From contig DASRWT010000011.1 of the NCBI GenBank assembly GCA_035654455.1, forward strand, positions 15,761 to 79,760: a stretch of 64,000 nt of DNA, given 5' to 3'. This stretch comes from Candidatus Nitrosocosmicus sp. GTDB lineage: Bacteria > Methylomirabilota > Methylomirabilia > Rokubacteriales > CSP1-6. Positions 49,314-59,145 of this stretch are shown piece after piece (the stretch's first letter is position 1; every line of letters starts with the position of its first letter). The translations under genes and the position numbers were made by a program. The notes beneath the pieces were generated by a model. It was given only the letters and a program-made list of their open reading frames with translations. It was not told the DNA's origin and did not search any database.

Positions 49314-50399
49314 TCAGGCCGCCGCGCGGTCGCGGTCGCGGCGCGCCACCCCGGCGCGCACGAGCGGGATCAGCTCGTGGCCATACTCCTCCGCGTCCTT
49401 GAGGGGATCGAAGCCGCGAATGAGGAGGGTGGAGACGCCGAGGTCGTAGTAGTCGAGCAGAGATTCGGCCACCTGCGGGGGCGTGCCCACCAGCGCGGTG
49501 GTATTGCCCGCGCCGCCCACCGCCGCCGCGATGGGCGTCCAGAGGCGCTTGTCGTGCAGCTCGCCCTGGCGCGCGAACTCCACCAGCCGCTGCGCGCCCA
49601 CCGCCTCCGGCAGCGGAAGCGTCCGGTCGCCTTGCTTGGCCCGCACGGTGGCCAGAATGCGATGCGCCTTGTCCCAGGCCGCGTCCTCGGTGGCGGCGAT
49701 GATGGGCCGCAGCGAGACGCTGACGCGCGGCTCGCGCCCCGCGCGCGCGCCCGCCGCCCGCACCTCGAGGATGCGCTGGCGGATGGCGGCCAGCGGCTCG
49801 CCCCACAGCATGTACACGTCGCAGTGCTTGGCGCCGATGGCGTGCGCGGCCTCGGAGGCGCCGCCGAAGTAGAGCGGGATATGCGGCTTCTGGACGGGCT
49901 TGATCTCCGAGAAGGCATTGGCCACGTGATAGAACTCGCCCTTGTGGTCGAAGGGCCGCTCCTCGGTCCAGGTCCGGCGCAGCAGGGTGAGATATTCGTC
50001 GGTGCGCCGATAGCGCGTGTCGTGGTCGAGCCAGTCGCCGTCCTTGGCCTGGTCGGCGTCGCTGCCCCCGGTGATGATGTGCAGCGACACGCGCCCCCCG
50101 GTGAACTGGTCCAGCGTGGCCGCCTTGCGCGCGGCCAGGGTGGGGGACACGAAGCCGGGCCGGTGGGCGATGAGATAACCCAGACGCTCGGTGTGGGCGG
50201 CGGCGTGGCCGGCGACGAGAAAGCCGTCGGCGGCAGTGGAGGTATAGCCCACCAGCACCTTGTCGAAGCCCGCGTGCTCGTGGGCGCGCGAGAAGTCCCG
50301 CACCCATGCGGCGTCGATCTCGCCGCCGATGACGTGGACGGCGGCCCCGTCGGCGCCTTCCGGCCGGACGCCGATCATGCCGATCAGCTCGATGGGCAT
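49314..50399 (-). CDS. LLM-class FMNH2-dependent monooxygenase (alkanesulfonate monooxygenase SsuD-like)
   Basis: Aligns along its length with SsuD landmarks (HRPGFVSPTLAARKAATLDQFTGGR, PLYFGGAS, DVYMLWGEP); 5-nt gap to the reductase. Confidence 0.85.
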   Translation of the reverse strand: MPIELIGMIGVRPEGADGAAVHVIGGEIDAAWVRDFSRAHEHAGFDKVLVGYTSTAADGFLVAGHAAAHTERLGYLIAHRPGFVSPTLAARKAATLDQFTGGRVSLHIITGGSDADQAKDGDWLDHDTRYRRTDEYLTLLRRTWTEERPFDHKGEFYHVANAFSEIKPVQKPHIPLYFGGASEAAHAIGAKHCDVYMLWGEPLAAIRQRILEVRAAGARAGREPRVSVSLRPIIAATEDAAWDKAHRILATVRAKQGDRTLPLPEAVGAQRLVEFARQGELHDKRLWTPIAAAVGGAGNTTALVGTPPQVAESLLDYYDLGVSTLLIRGFDPLKDAEEYGHELIPLVRAGVARRDRDRAAA

Positions 50400-50408
50400 G
50401 AAACGATC

Positions 50409-51635
50409 CTAGCGCGAGGCGATGCGCTCCGCCAGATGCTGCGCGTCCTCGCCCACGCCGCACAGCACGGACGACTTGAGCTTGTGCAGCCAGGGCAGAC
50501 CGAGAAAGTAGAGGCCTGCGCAAGGGGACACTCCGCGCCGGTGCACGGGCTCGCCGGCGGCGTCGAGGGCGGGGAGGTGGATCCAGCTGAAATCCGGGCG
50601 AAAGCCCGTGGCCCAGACCAGGCTGGTGACGCCGGCCGCGCGCAGATCGAGCTCGGGCGGCGACGTCACGCGCCGGAGGGGCGGACGCGCCGGCAAATCC
50701 GGTTCCGCGGGCACCGCATCGAGCCCGATCCGACGCGCATGCTCGTCGGCCGCTTTCCAGAACGCGGCCATGCCTTCGTCGCCCTTCGCGAGCTGCGCGT
50801 CCAGATCGTCGTCGAAGTGAAGGCGCCGGTCGGCGGCGCCGCTCAGATGGCCCAGCAGGACCACGCCGCGATCGGCATAGTCCCGGAGATCGATGTCGTG
50901 GCCGCCGCCGGCCCCGGTGACGAGCGGGTTCGGGGTCTGCCGACCGTCGGGGCGCTCGGCGATGGTCTGATCCAGCGCGCCCATCTCGCGTATCCACCAG
51001 AAGACATCGCGGCCGCGATAGCGGCGGGGCACGCGGCGGTGCCGCCCCACGGAGAGGTAGACGGTCCGGCCGGCGTCCAGCAAGTCCTCGACGATCTGGC
51101 AGCCGGAAGCGCCCGATCCGACGACGAGCACGGCGCCCGGCGGTAGCGCGCCGGGATTCCGGTAACGGCTCGAGTGGACCTGGACGACCTCGGGCGGCAA
51201 CGCGGACGAGACGGCCGGCAGCAGGGGCTCTTGATAGGGGCCGGTGGCGGCGACCACGTGCGCGGCCTCGTAGCTCCCGTGGTCGGTTTCCACCCGGAAC
51301 CGCGGCGCGCCCGGCTTCGGCCGCACCGCGCGCACCGTCACGCCGGTCCGGACCGGGGCCTGGATGCGCTCGCGATACGCGTCGAGGAAGCGGACGACCT
51401 CGTCGCGCGGGGCAAAGCCCTCGGGATCATTCCCGCGATAGGCATGCCCCGGCAGCTCGATGCTCCAGGACGGAAACTGGAAGGTCAGCGAGTCCCAGCG
51501 CTCGCTCCGCCAGCGCTCGGCCACGCGCCCGCGCTCGAGGATGAGGTGCTCGCGGCCGAGCGCGCGCAGGTGATAGCTCAGCGCCAGGCCCGCCTGACCC
51601 CCACCCACGATGACGGTCTCGATCGTCTCCTCCAC
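50409..51635 (-). CDS. FAD-dependent monooxygenase (flavin-containing/Baeyer-Villiger-like; two dinucleotide-binding motifs); GTG start assumed
   Basis: VIVGGGQAGL and later VVGSGASG GxGxxG motifs; C-terminal part of the artefactual 1220-aa track ORF. Confidence 0.7.
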   Translation of the reverse strand: MEETIETVIVGGGQAGLALSYHLRALGREHLILERGRVAERWRSERWDSLTFQFPSWSIELPGHAYRGNDPEGFAPRDEVVRFLDAYRERIQAPVRTGVTVRAVRPKPGAPRFRVETDHGSYEAAHVVAATGPYQEPLLPAVSSALPPEVVQVHSSRYRNPGALPPGAVLVVGSGASGCQIVEDLLDAGRTVYLSVGRHRRVPRRYRGRDVFWWIREMGALDQTIAERPDGRQTPNPLVTGAGGGHDIDLRDYADRGVVLLGHLSGAADRRLHFDDDLDAQLAKGDEGMAAFWKAADEHARRIGLDAVPAEPDLPARPPLRRVTSPPELDLRAAGVTSLVWATGFRPDFSWIHLPALDAAGEPVHRRGVSPCAGLYFLGLPWLHKLKSSVLCGVGEDAQHLAERIASR

Positions 51636-51695
51636 GCGGGGGATGGTAGCGCGAATTGCTTCGGTAGCGCGGGGGCGCGGGGCTATGGTGAGATC

Positions 51696-52376
51696 GTGCG
51701 CGCCACTCCGCGGCTGGCGCTCGGGCTCCTGCTCCTGGCGGCGACCTTCGCCGGGGCGCAGGGCAGCGAGGTTCCCATCCAGGCCAGCCATCGCATCTTC
51801 GTGGCGGAGTACGTGGCCGCGGTGAATGCCCGCGACGCCGAGCGATTCCGCCGCCTCGTGCACCCGCAATCGCTGGCCTGCGTCACCGACGCGAATCGCG
51901 ACTTCTACGACGAGTGGGTTTCGCGGGCGTTCCGCCACACGCTGCCCGATACGTATCGCCTGAGCAGTGTGCGCGCGGTCCCGCCCGGTACCCCGCCCGT
52001 CGTCCCGCTCCGCATGGCCGTCGACCCCGTCCCGCCCACCCATCAGATCCAGCTCGACGCGCAGACGGCCCCCTATCACTTCGTCACCATCGTGCTCCAG
52101 GTGACGCAGAGCGGGACCGGCTGGGTCCAGGTCATGCCCTGTCCCACCGCGGAGGGCCTCGCCGCCTTTCGCGCGGCGAAGAAGAAGGCCGCCGCCCAGG
52201 ACGCGCGCGTGAAGGAGCTCGCGGCGGGGATTCAAGAGCCCCTGCGCGGGGAGATCGCGGCCCTCGTGAAGTCGGGGAAGAAGATGGACGCGGTCAAGCG
52301 CTATCAGGCCGCCAGCGGCGAGGATCTCACCACCGCGAAGAGCGTGGTGGAGGCGCTGGAGCCCGGCGCCCGCTAG
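51696..52376 (+). CDS. secreted hypothetical protein with C-terminal L7/L12-C-like segment (GTG start)
   Basis: Signal peptide RATPRLALGLLLLAATFAGAQG; C-terminus LVKSGKKMDAVKRYQAASGEDLTTAKSVVEAL. Confidence 0.5.
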   Translation: MRATPRLALGLLLLAATFAGAQGSEVPIQASHRIFVAEYVAAVNARDAERFRRLVHPQSLACVTDANRDFYDEWVSRAFRHTLPDTYRLSSVRAVPPGTPPVVPLRMAVDPVPPTHQIQLDAQTAPYHFVTIVLQVTQSGTGWVQVMPCPTAEGLAAFRAAKKKAAAQDARVKELAAGIQEPLRGEIAALVKSGKKMDAVKRYQAASGEDLTTAKSVVEALEPGAR

Positions 52377-52405
52377 CCGACTCCCGCGGTCGTGAAGTCG
52401 GCGGC

Positions 52406-53461
52406 CTAGGCCCGCGCGGGCGCGAGTGACACGGTGCGGCCCGTCGCGCTCGACTCCAGTGCGGCGGAGAGAATCTCCTGCACGTCGCGCCCCACATCGG
52501 GCGCGCAGAGGCCCGTGATGGGGCGGCCGTCCCGGAGGCGCGCGAGGAAGTAGGACACGCCGTCGCGCTCCCCCGCCGGGAGCTCCGGCGGCTCGACCGT
52601 CTCGCTCCCGTCGCCCCGGACGATCTGCACGCGGCCTTGCCCCACCTTCTGCCCCTCGCGGGTGGCGCGCGGCTGGTGCACGATCAGGGTGCCCGCGTCG
52701 CCATACACGATGAAGGCGAAGCCGGGCTCGCCGCCGATCTGGGTCCACGAGCCCTCCAGCATGGCCAGGGCGCGGGGATAGCGCAGGATCACCACCGCAT
52801 TGTCCTCGGCGGGCAGGTCCTTCTTGCGGAGATGCGCGGCCACCGCGGTCACCGCGGCGGGACGGCCCAGCAGGGCGCGCGCGAGGATGCTGCCATAGCC
52901 GCAGTAGTCCACCAGCGCGCCGCCGCCGTTTCGCGCGGGGTCGTAGAGCCACGCGCAGAACTGCTCCGAGCAGCCGTACTCGCGCGGGCCCGAGTGGCCC
53001 CCGCGATGCGACAGCTGCACCGGCTCCCCCACCACGCCCTCGCTCGCGAGGGCGAGGCCGTGGCGGAGCGCCGGCCGCCACGCGGTGGGCCAGTTCACCA
53101 TGAGGGGCCGGCCGGACTTGCGCGCGGCGGTGATGAGCGCCTCCGCGCCCGCGAGATCGGCGGCCATGGGCTTCTCTATCATGGTCGGCAGCCCGCGCTC
53201 GAGGGCGCGGACGCCCCACTCGGCGGAGGCGCGATTGTCGGTGAAGCAAAGGACGGCGTCGAGGTCGCGGCGCTCGAGGAGCGCTTCGTAGGTGGGAAGG
53301 GCGGCCACGCCGCCGTGCTCGCGGCCCAGCCGCTCGCGAAGCCGCGCGTCCGGCTCCGCGGCGGCCACGAGCACGCCGGGCTCGCCCGCGACTATCGCCG
53401 CGAGATTCGCCCACACGTGATCGTGGCTGAGACCGAGGACACCGACCCGCAGGCGGGCCAA
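52406..53461 (-). CDS. Gfo/Idh/MocA family oxidoreductase
   Basis: N-terminal Rossmann LRVGVLGLSH; family-typical EKP motif. Confidence 0.8.
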   Translation of the reverse strand: MARLRVGVLGLSHDHVWANLAAIVAGEPGVLVAAAEPDARLRERLGREHGGVAALPTYEALLERRDLDAVLCFTDNRASAEWGVRALERGLPTMIEKPMAADLAGAEALITAARKSGRPLMVNWPTAWRPALRHGLALASEGVVGEPVQLSHRGGHSGPREYGCSEQFCAWLYDPARNGGGALVDYCGYGSILARALLGRPAAVTAVAAHLRKKDLPAEDNAVVILRYPRALAMLEGSWTQIGGEPGFAFIVYGDAGTLIVHQPRATREGQKVGQGRVQIVRGDGSETVEPPELPAGERDGVSYFLARLRDGRPITGLCAPDVGRDVQEILSAALESSATGRTVSLAPARA

Positions 53462-53476
53462 GGCGGTGGAGTCGCC

Positions 53477-53980
53477 TTACAGCGCCTTCAGCATGCTGTC
53501 GGCGTCGCTGACCTCGAACTTGCCCGGCGCCTCGACGTTCAGCGCCTTCACGGTCCCGTCGTCCACCAGCATGGAGTAGCGCTGCGAGCGCACGCCCATG
53601 CCGCGCCCGGTGAGATCCATGTCGAGGCCCAGCGCCTTGGTGAACACGGCGCTGCCGTCCGCCATCATTCGCACCTTGCCCACGGCCTTCTGGTCCTTGG
53701 CCCAGGCGCCCATCACGAAGGCGTCGTTGACGGACACGCACCACACCTCGTCCACCTTCTTGGCCTTGAGCTTGTCGATGTTGTTCACGTATCCCGGCAC
53801 ATGCTTGGCCGAGCAGGTAGGGGTGAAAGCGCCCGGGAGGCCGAAGATCACGACCTTCTTGCCCTTGGTGAGATCGGCCACGTTGAAGTTGTTGGGGCCG
53901 ATGCTGCAGCCGGGCTGCTCGGTCTCGATCATCTCGGTGAGGGTGCCGCCGGGCAGCTTGTCGCCAACCTTGATCGCCAT
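53477..53980 (-). CDS. peroxiredoxin, Prx5 (PrxD) subfamily
   Basis: GAGGAGG RBS; GAFTPTCS peroxidatic Cys motif; 167 aa. Confidence 0.9.
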   Translation of the reverse strand: MAIKVGDKLPGGTLTEMIETEQPGCSIGPNNFNVADLTKGKKVVIFGLPGAFTPTCSAKHVPGYVNNIDKLKAKKVDEVWCVSVNDAFVMGAWAKDQKAVGKVRMMADGSAVFTKALGLDMDLTGRGMGVRSQRYSMLVDDGTVKALNVEAPGKFEVSDADSMLKAL

Positions 53981-54116
53981 GAATATCCTCCTCGTTGCTG
54001 GGATTGAATGGGGTGGTGAGTCGAAGACGCTTCGCGTACTGCAGTCGGAATGGTACCACACGAGGCGCCACCGGAGTTTTCGGGGAGTGAGCCCATCTCG
54101 CTTACACTGGTATCCC

Positions 54117-56126
54117 ATGTCCGCGTCCTGGCTCGAGCCCACCGATTCCCGCGCCGACGCGCGCGAGGCGGAGATCACCGCCCAGCACCGCGCCGCGCTC
54201 GCCGAGGCCGCCGGCGCCGCCGCGCTCCGCGCGGGGGAGGCGGTGCTCGCGCTCCAGAAGCCGGACGGGTACTGGTGCGGCGACCTCCTCGCCGACACCA
54301 CGCTCGAGTCGGATTACGTGCTGCTCCAGCTCTGGCTGTACCCGCCCGAGGCCGGGGTGTGGCGGCCGCCCACCTGGGGGCGCATCGAGAAGACACGCCG
54401 GGCCATCCTGGCGCGCCAGCTTCCCGACGGCGGCTTCAGCATCTATCCGGACGGCCCCGCCGAGCTGAACGCCACCGTGAAGGCCTATGCGGCCCTCAAG
54501 CTCGCCGGACTCTCCGCCGAGAGCGAGCCGCTGGCGCGCGCGCGCGAGTGCATCCTGCGCCTGGGCGGCATCCAGGAGACGAACAGCTACGTCCGCATCA
54601 ACCTGAGCCTCTTCGGCCTCTACCCCCGCCGGCACGTGCCGACCATTCCCCCCGAGCTCGTGCTGCTGCCCGGGGGGCTGATCTACGAGATGTCGTCGTG
54701 GACGCGCGCCATCGTGGTGCCGCTGTCCATCGTCCAGTCGCGCGCGGGGCGCCGTCCCGTTCCCCACGGGTTCGACCTGGATGAGCTGGCCGCGCCGGGC
54801 AAGAGCTTTCGCCTCCCGCGCCGCGACCGGCTCTCCGCGGTGTTCAGCCAGCTCGACATCGCGCTCAAGGTCTGGGAGAAGGGTGCGCCGGAGATGATCC
54901 GCAAGTCCGCGCTGCGCGAGGCGGAGAAGTGGATGCTCGACCGGACCCGCCACAGCGACGGGCTGGGGGCCATCTATCCCTCCATGATGTACTTCATCAT
55001 GGCGCTCGAGTGCCTGGGCTATCCGCGGGACCATCCCGACCTCGTGGAGGCCCTCCGTGTCTTCGAGCGCCTGCGCACGGAGACCGAGGACGGTGTCTAC
55101 TTCCAGCCCTGCTTCTCGCCGGTGTGGGACACCGCCATCGCCATGTTCGCGCTGGGCGAGGCCGGCATCCCGGCGGCGGACGCGCAACGCCGCGCCGCGG
55201 ACTGGCTCATCGAGCGAGAGGTCCGGCGCCGGGGCGACTGGTCGGTGAAGCGGCCCGATCTCGAGCCCTCGGGCTGGGCCTTCGAGTTCAGCAACGAGCA
55301 CTATCCCGACATCGACGACACCGCCATGGTGCTGATGGCCCTGGAGCACGCGCGCGCCTCCGACCCCGACGCCCAGGCGCGGTGCGAGCGCCGCGCGGGG
55401 CACTGGCTCGCGCAGATGCAGTCCAGCGACGGCGGCTGGGCCGCGTTCGACGTGGACAACAACTGGGCGCTGCTCAACCGCGTGCCCTTCGCGGACCATA
55501 ACGCCATGCTGGATCCCACCTGCCCGGACATCACCGGCCGCGTGCTGGAGGCGCTGTGCCGGCGCGGGCTCAAGCTCTCCGATCTGCCGGTGGATCGGGG
55601 CGTCGCCTATCTTCTCCAGACCCAGGAAGCCGACGGCTCCTGGTACGGGCGCTGGGGCGTCAACTATCTCTACGGGAGCTTCCTCGCGCTGCGCGGGCTC
55701 CGCGCCTCACGCGACCGCAGCGCCTCGCGCGCCATCTGGAAGAGCGGGCGCTGGATCGCCTCGGTGCAGAACGCCGACGGCGGCTGGGGCGAGAGCTGCG
55801 CCAGCTACGGCGAGGGCCGCTTCGTGCCCGCGCCCAGCACGCCTTCCCAGACCGCGTGGGCGCTCCTGGGGCTGATCGCGGCCGGCCAGGCGGAGAGCGA
55901 GAGCCTAATTCGCGGCGCGCGCCATCTCATCGACACCCAGCGCGCGGACGGCACCTGGGACGAGACCCTCGCCACCGGCACCGGCTTTCCGGGCGTCTTC
56001 TACCTCCGCTACACGCTCTACCGGAACTACTTCCCGCTGCTCGCCCTCGTCAAGGTCCGCGCCGCGCTGGAGGGCGCCACGCGGACGCTGCGCTTCGTGC
56101 GCGAGGGCGGAAGCCTGGGAGTCTGA
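54117..56126 (+). CDS. shc: squalene-hopene cyclase
   Basis: 669 aa; multiple QW repeats (QxxDGGW/GSW); catalytic DIDDTA; terpene cyclase alpha/alpha barrel. Confidence 0.9.
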   Translation: MSASWLEPTDSRADAREAEITAQHRAALAEAAGAAALRAGEAVLALQKPDGYWCGDLLADTTLESDYVLLQLWLYPPEAGVWRPPTWGRIEKTRRAILARQLPDGGFSIYPDGPAELNATVKAYAALKLAGLSAESEPLARARECILRLGGIQETNSYVRINLSLFGLYPRRHVPTIPPELVLLPGGLIYEMSSWTRAIVVPLSIVQSRAGRRPVPHGFDLDELAAPGKSFRLPRRDRLSAVFSQLDIALKVWEKGAPEMIRKSALREAEKWMLDRTRHSDGLGAIYPSMMYFIMALECLGYPRDHPDLVEALRVFERLRTETEDGVYFQPCFSPVWDTAIAMFALGEAGIPAADAQRRAADWLIEREVRRRGDWSVKRPDLEPSGWAFEFSNEHYPDIDDTAMVLMALEHARASDPDAQARCERRAGHWLAQMQSSDGGWAAFDVDNNWALLNRVPFADHNAMLDPTCPDITGRVLEALCRRGLKLSDLPVDRGVAYLLQTQEADGSWYGRWGVNYLYGSFLALRGLRASRDRSASRAIWKSGRWIASVQNADGGWGESCASYGEGRFVPAPSTPSQTAWALLGLIAAGQAESESLIRGARHLIDTQRADGTWDETLATGTGFPGVFYLRYTLYRNYFPLLALVKVRAALEGATRTLRFVREGGSLGV

Positions 56127-56145
56127 GCGGCGCCCCCGCGCGGGC

Positions 56146-57552
56146 TCAGGCGCCCCGGGGGGCCGCGAGCGCGGCGTGGATCGCCTGCGCGAGCTTCGGC
56201 AGATCGGGATCGCGCGCGCCCATGAGGAGCACGGTGTCGCCGGGGCGCGCCTCGGCCGCCACCCAGCGCACCACCGCCGTGTGGTCCTCGGCATGGCCGC
56301 AGCGCAGCGCGGGGGGCAGGTCGTCGGCGAGGATGCGCCCCGTCACGTCCCGGGTCACGGTGCCGCCCGCGTAGTACACCTCCGCATAGCAGAAGCGGTC
56401 CGCGGGACGGAGGATGCGCGGCAGGAGCTCGCGCAGCTCGGGGCGCAGGAAGCGCGCGGGCCCGTAGCCGTGCGGCTGGAAGATCGCCATCACCCGCGCC
56501 GCGCCCGACTGGGCGGTGGTGAGCGCGGCGCGGATCTTCTCGCCGTTGTGCGCGTAGTCGTCCACCACGCGGATGCCGCTCGGCGTCGTGCCCACCACCT
56601 CGAAGCGGCGCGCCACCCCGGGGAAGCGCGCCAGCGCGTCCGCGATGGCGTCCGGCGCGAGCCCGAGGGTCAGCGCGACCAGCGCGGCGGCGGCCGCGTT
56701 CTCGAGGTTATGAGCGCCGGGCTGCGGAATGTCGAGCGCCACCGGCCCCGCCGGCGCGTGCAGCACTCCCCGAGCGCGGTCCGGTCCCACGCTGAGGATC
56801 TCCAGCCGCGCCTCGGCGTCCCGGGTGGGGCCATAGCTGCTCGCGCCGACCGCGCGCCCCACCGCGAAGGCCTCGGGGCAGGCGGCGTTGACGAGCAGCC
56901 GCCGCGCGCTGCGGGCGAAGGCCTCGAACTGGGGGCGCAGCGCGTCGACCTCGCCGTGATCGCGGCTGATATTGTGGATGACGCCCAGGGCGGGCGCGTA
57001 GCCGGTGAGGGTGCCGTCGGACTCGCAAGCCTCGGCCGCCACCGGCGCCGCGTCGGGGCCCGCCAGGAAGCAGCCGCTCACGCCCTCGCCCACCAGGGCG
57101 GCGCCGCCCAGCGCGGTGGCGGGAAGCCGCGCCTCGCGGGTGAGCCAGGTCACCATCCCGGTGATGGTGCTCTTCCCGCTGGTGCCCGCGATGGCCACCC
57201 CGGGGCGGCCCGCGTTCACCACCTCCGCGAGCAGCGCGGGACGGGCCACGCGCTCGATGCCCAGCGCGCGCGCCGCGCGCATCTCCGGCGTGTCCGCCTC
57301 CACCGCGGTGGAGTAGATGAAGCGGTCGAGTTGGGGCGTCACCGCGGCGCCGTCCTGGGGCAGGAGCGTGATGCCCAGCCCGCGCAGCAGCTCGGCGAGG
57401 TCGCCGCTCTTGCCCTGATCCAGGGCGCGGTCGGAGCCCTGCACGGTATGGCCGCGCGCGCGCATGAGCCGCGCGAGGGGATTCATGCCCGCCCCCGCGA
57501 TGCCGGAGAAGTGGTAGCGTAGCGGGCGCGCGGGCGCGGCGATGCTCACCAC
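56146..57552 (-). CDS. Mur ligase family protein (Mpl/MurC-like UDP-N-acetylmuramate ligase); GTG start assumed
   Basis: N-terminus LRYHFSGIAGAGMNPLARLMRARGHTVQGSD aligns with Mpl/MurC; ATP-binding GTSGKST; Mur ligase middle and C-terminal domains. Confidence 0.8.
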   Translation of the reverse strand: MVSIAAPARPLRYHFSGIAGAGMNPLARLMRARGHTVQGSDRALDQGKSGDLAELLRGLGITLLPQDGAAVTPQLDRFIYSTAVEADTPEMRAARALGIERVARPALLAEVVNAGRPGVAIAGTSGKSTITGMVTWLTREARLPATALGGAALVGEGVSGCFLAGPDAAPVAAEACESDGTLTGYAPALGVIHNISRDHGEVDALRPQFEAFARSARRLLVNAACPEAFAVGRAVGASSYGPTRDAEARLEILSVGPDRARGVLHAPAGPVALDIPQPGAHNLENAAAAALVALTLGLAPDAIADALARFPGVARRFEVVGTTPSGIRVVDDYAHNGEKIRAALTTAQSGAARVMAIFQPHGYGPARFLRPELRELLPRILRPADRFCYAEVYYAGGTVTRDVTGRILADDLPPALRCGHAEDHTAVVRWVAAEARPGDTVLLMGARDPDLPKLAQAIHAALAAPRGA

Positions 57553-57682
57553 TCCAGCATACGACAGGGTGCGCGCGGGGCGCGCGTCTGGCGATGGGCC
57601 GCGGGTGGGGCTAAGATGCGCCCGTCGCGCCATCTCGCATCGGGGAGGCTCTGCCGTGGTGGATCGATCGGGAAGGCATCTC

Positions 57683-57838
57683 ATGATGGCCGGCGCCATC
57701 GTGACCGTGGTGGGGCTGGGCATCATCCTCGTGCGCGAGCTGGGGATACCGCGCTACTGGATGCCCGTGGTGGTGGGCGTGGGACTCTTCCTCGTGGGCT
57801 ACATTCGCTTCCTCACCTCGGGGAAGGGGAAGGGCTAG
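57683..57838 (+). CDS. small two-helix membrane protein (51 aa), hypothetical
   Basis: GGGAAGG RBS; MMAGAIVTVVGLGIILV ... WMPVVVGVGLFLVGYIRFL; immediately upstream of the M24 peptidase gene. Confidence 0.4.
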   Translation: MMAGAIVTVVGLGIILVRELGIPRYWMPVVVGVGLFLVGYIRFLTSGKGKG

Positions 57839-57842
57839 CGCC

Positions 57843-59138
57843 ATGGCGCGCGCGGGCAAGGCCGCCTCGGTGTCGCCCCGGCACGTCACCGCCGATGCCG
57901 TGGACCCCAAGCACCGCTGGGACCGCCCCATCCAGGCGCCCGGCCACATGCAGGTGGACTTCCGGCGGCTCCACGCCTATCGGCTGGGCCGCACGCGCCA
58001 GGCGCTGGCGCGCTCGGGCCTGGGCGCGCTGCTGACGTTCGACCAGCACAATATCCGCTACATCTCGAGCACGGTGATCGGCGAGTGGGCGCGCGACAAG
58101 CTCATCCGCTACTGCCTCCTCAGCGGCAACGGGGAGCCCTGGGTGTGGGACTTCGGCTCGGCCGCGCGCCACCATCGGCTGCACGCGCCCTGGCTCGATC
58201 CCACCCACTGCATCGCGGGCATGGTGGGGATGCGCGGGGCGGTGTCGCCCCGGGCCGGGCTCTTCGAGCGCGCGGCGCGCGAGATCAAGGACATCCTGGT
58301 GCGGGAGGGCGTGGCGAAGATGCCCCTGGGCATCGACGTGGTCGAGCCTCCCTTTCTCTTCGCGCTCCAGAAGGAAGGCATCGAGGTGCGCGACGGGCAG
58401 CAGGTGATGCTGGAGGCCCGCGTGATCAAGAGCGCGGACGAGCTGACCCTGCTGAACATGGCGTCGGCCATGGGCGACGGCGTCTACCAGGACATCTTCG
58501 AGGCGCTCAAGCCGGGGGTGCGCGAGATCGAGATCGTCGCCCTCGCCAACAAGCGCCTCTACGAGATGGGCTCGGACTGCGTGGAGGCCATCAATGCCAT
58601 CTCGGGCGAGCGCTGCTCGCCGCACCCGCACAACTTCACCGACCGCCTCATCCGCCCCGGCGATCAGGCCTTCTTCGACATCATCCAGTCCTTCATGGGC
58701 TATCGCACCTGCTATTACCGGACCTTCAGCGTGGGCCGCGCCACCGGGCCCCAGCAGTCGGCCTACAAGAAGGCGCGGGAGTGGATGGACAGCGCCATTG
58801 CCCTCATCAAGCCGGGCGTGGGCACCGACCGCATCGCGAAGTGCTTCCCCCGCGCGCAGGAGATCGGCTTCGAGAGCGAGATGGCGGCCTTCGGGCTCAA
58901 CTTCTGTCACGGCCTGGGTCTCGGCTTGCACGAGCGGCCCATCATCTCGCGTCTCAACTCCCTTGACGATCCGATGGAGCTCCAGGCGGGCATGGTGTTC
59001 GCGGTGGAGACGTATTGCCCCGCCACGGACGGCATCTCCGCCGCGCGCATCGAGGAGGAAGTCATCGTGACGCCGAAGGGCGCTCAGATCATCACGCTCT
59101 TCCCCGCGGACACGCTGCCCATCGCCAACCGGTACTAG
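57843..59138 (+). CDS. M24-family metallopeptidase (Xaa-Pro aminopeptidase/creatinase-like) with creatinase-type N-terminal domain
   Basis: Pita-bread fold metal ligands in DCVEAINAISGERCSPHPHNFTDRLIRPGD and ...EVIVT; 431 aa. Confidence 0.85.
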   Translation: MARAGKAASVSPRHVTADAVDPKHRWDRPIQAPGHMQVDFRRLHAYRLGRTRQALARSGLGALLTFDQHNIRYISSTVIGEWARDKLIRYCLLSGNGEPWVWDFGSAARHHRLHAPWLDPTHCIAGMVGMRGAVSPRAGLFERAAREIKDILVREGVAKMPLGIDVVEPPFLFALQKEGIEVRDGQQVMLEARVIKSADELTLLNMASAMGDGVYQDIFEALKPGVREIEIVALANKRLYEMGSDCVEAINAISGERCSPHPHNFTDRLIRPGDQAFFDIIQSFMGYRTCYYRTFSVGRATGPQQSAYKKAREWMDSAIALIKPGVGTDRIAKCFPRAQEIGFESEMAAFGLNFCHGLGLGLHERPIISRLNSLDDPMELQAGMVFAVETYCPATDGISAARIEEEVIVTPKGAQIITLFPADTLPIANRY

Positions 59139-59145
59139 GCGCGCG

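Noticed and set aside
50409-54071. 1220-aa minus-strand ORF in the six-frame track
   Set aside because: Only its C-terminal 408 aa (50409-51635) look like a protein (FAD monooxygenase). The remainder is Arg/Gly/Pro-rich low-complexity translation that overlaps well-supported genes on both strands (secreted protein, Gfo/Idh/MocA, peroxiredoxin). This is a high-GC open-frame artefact.
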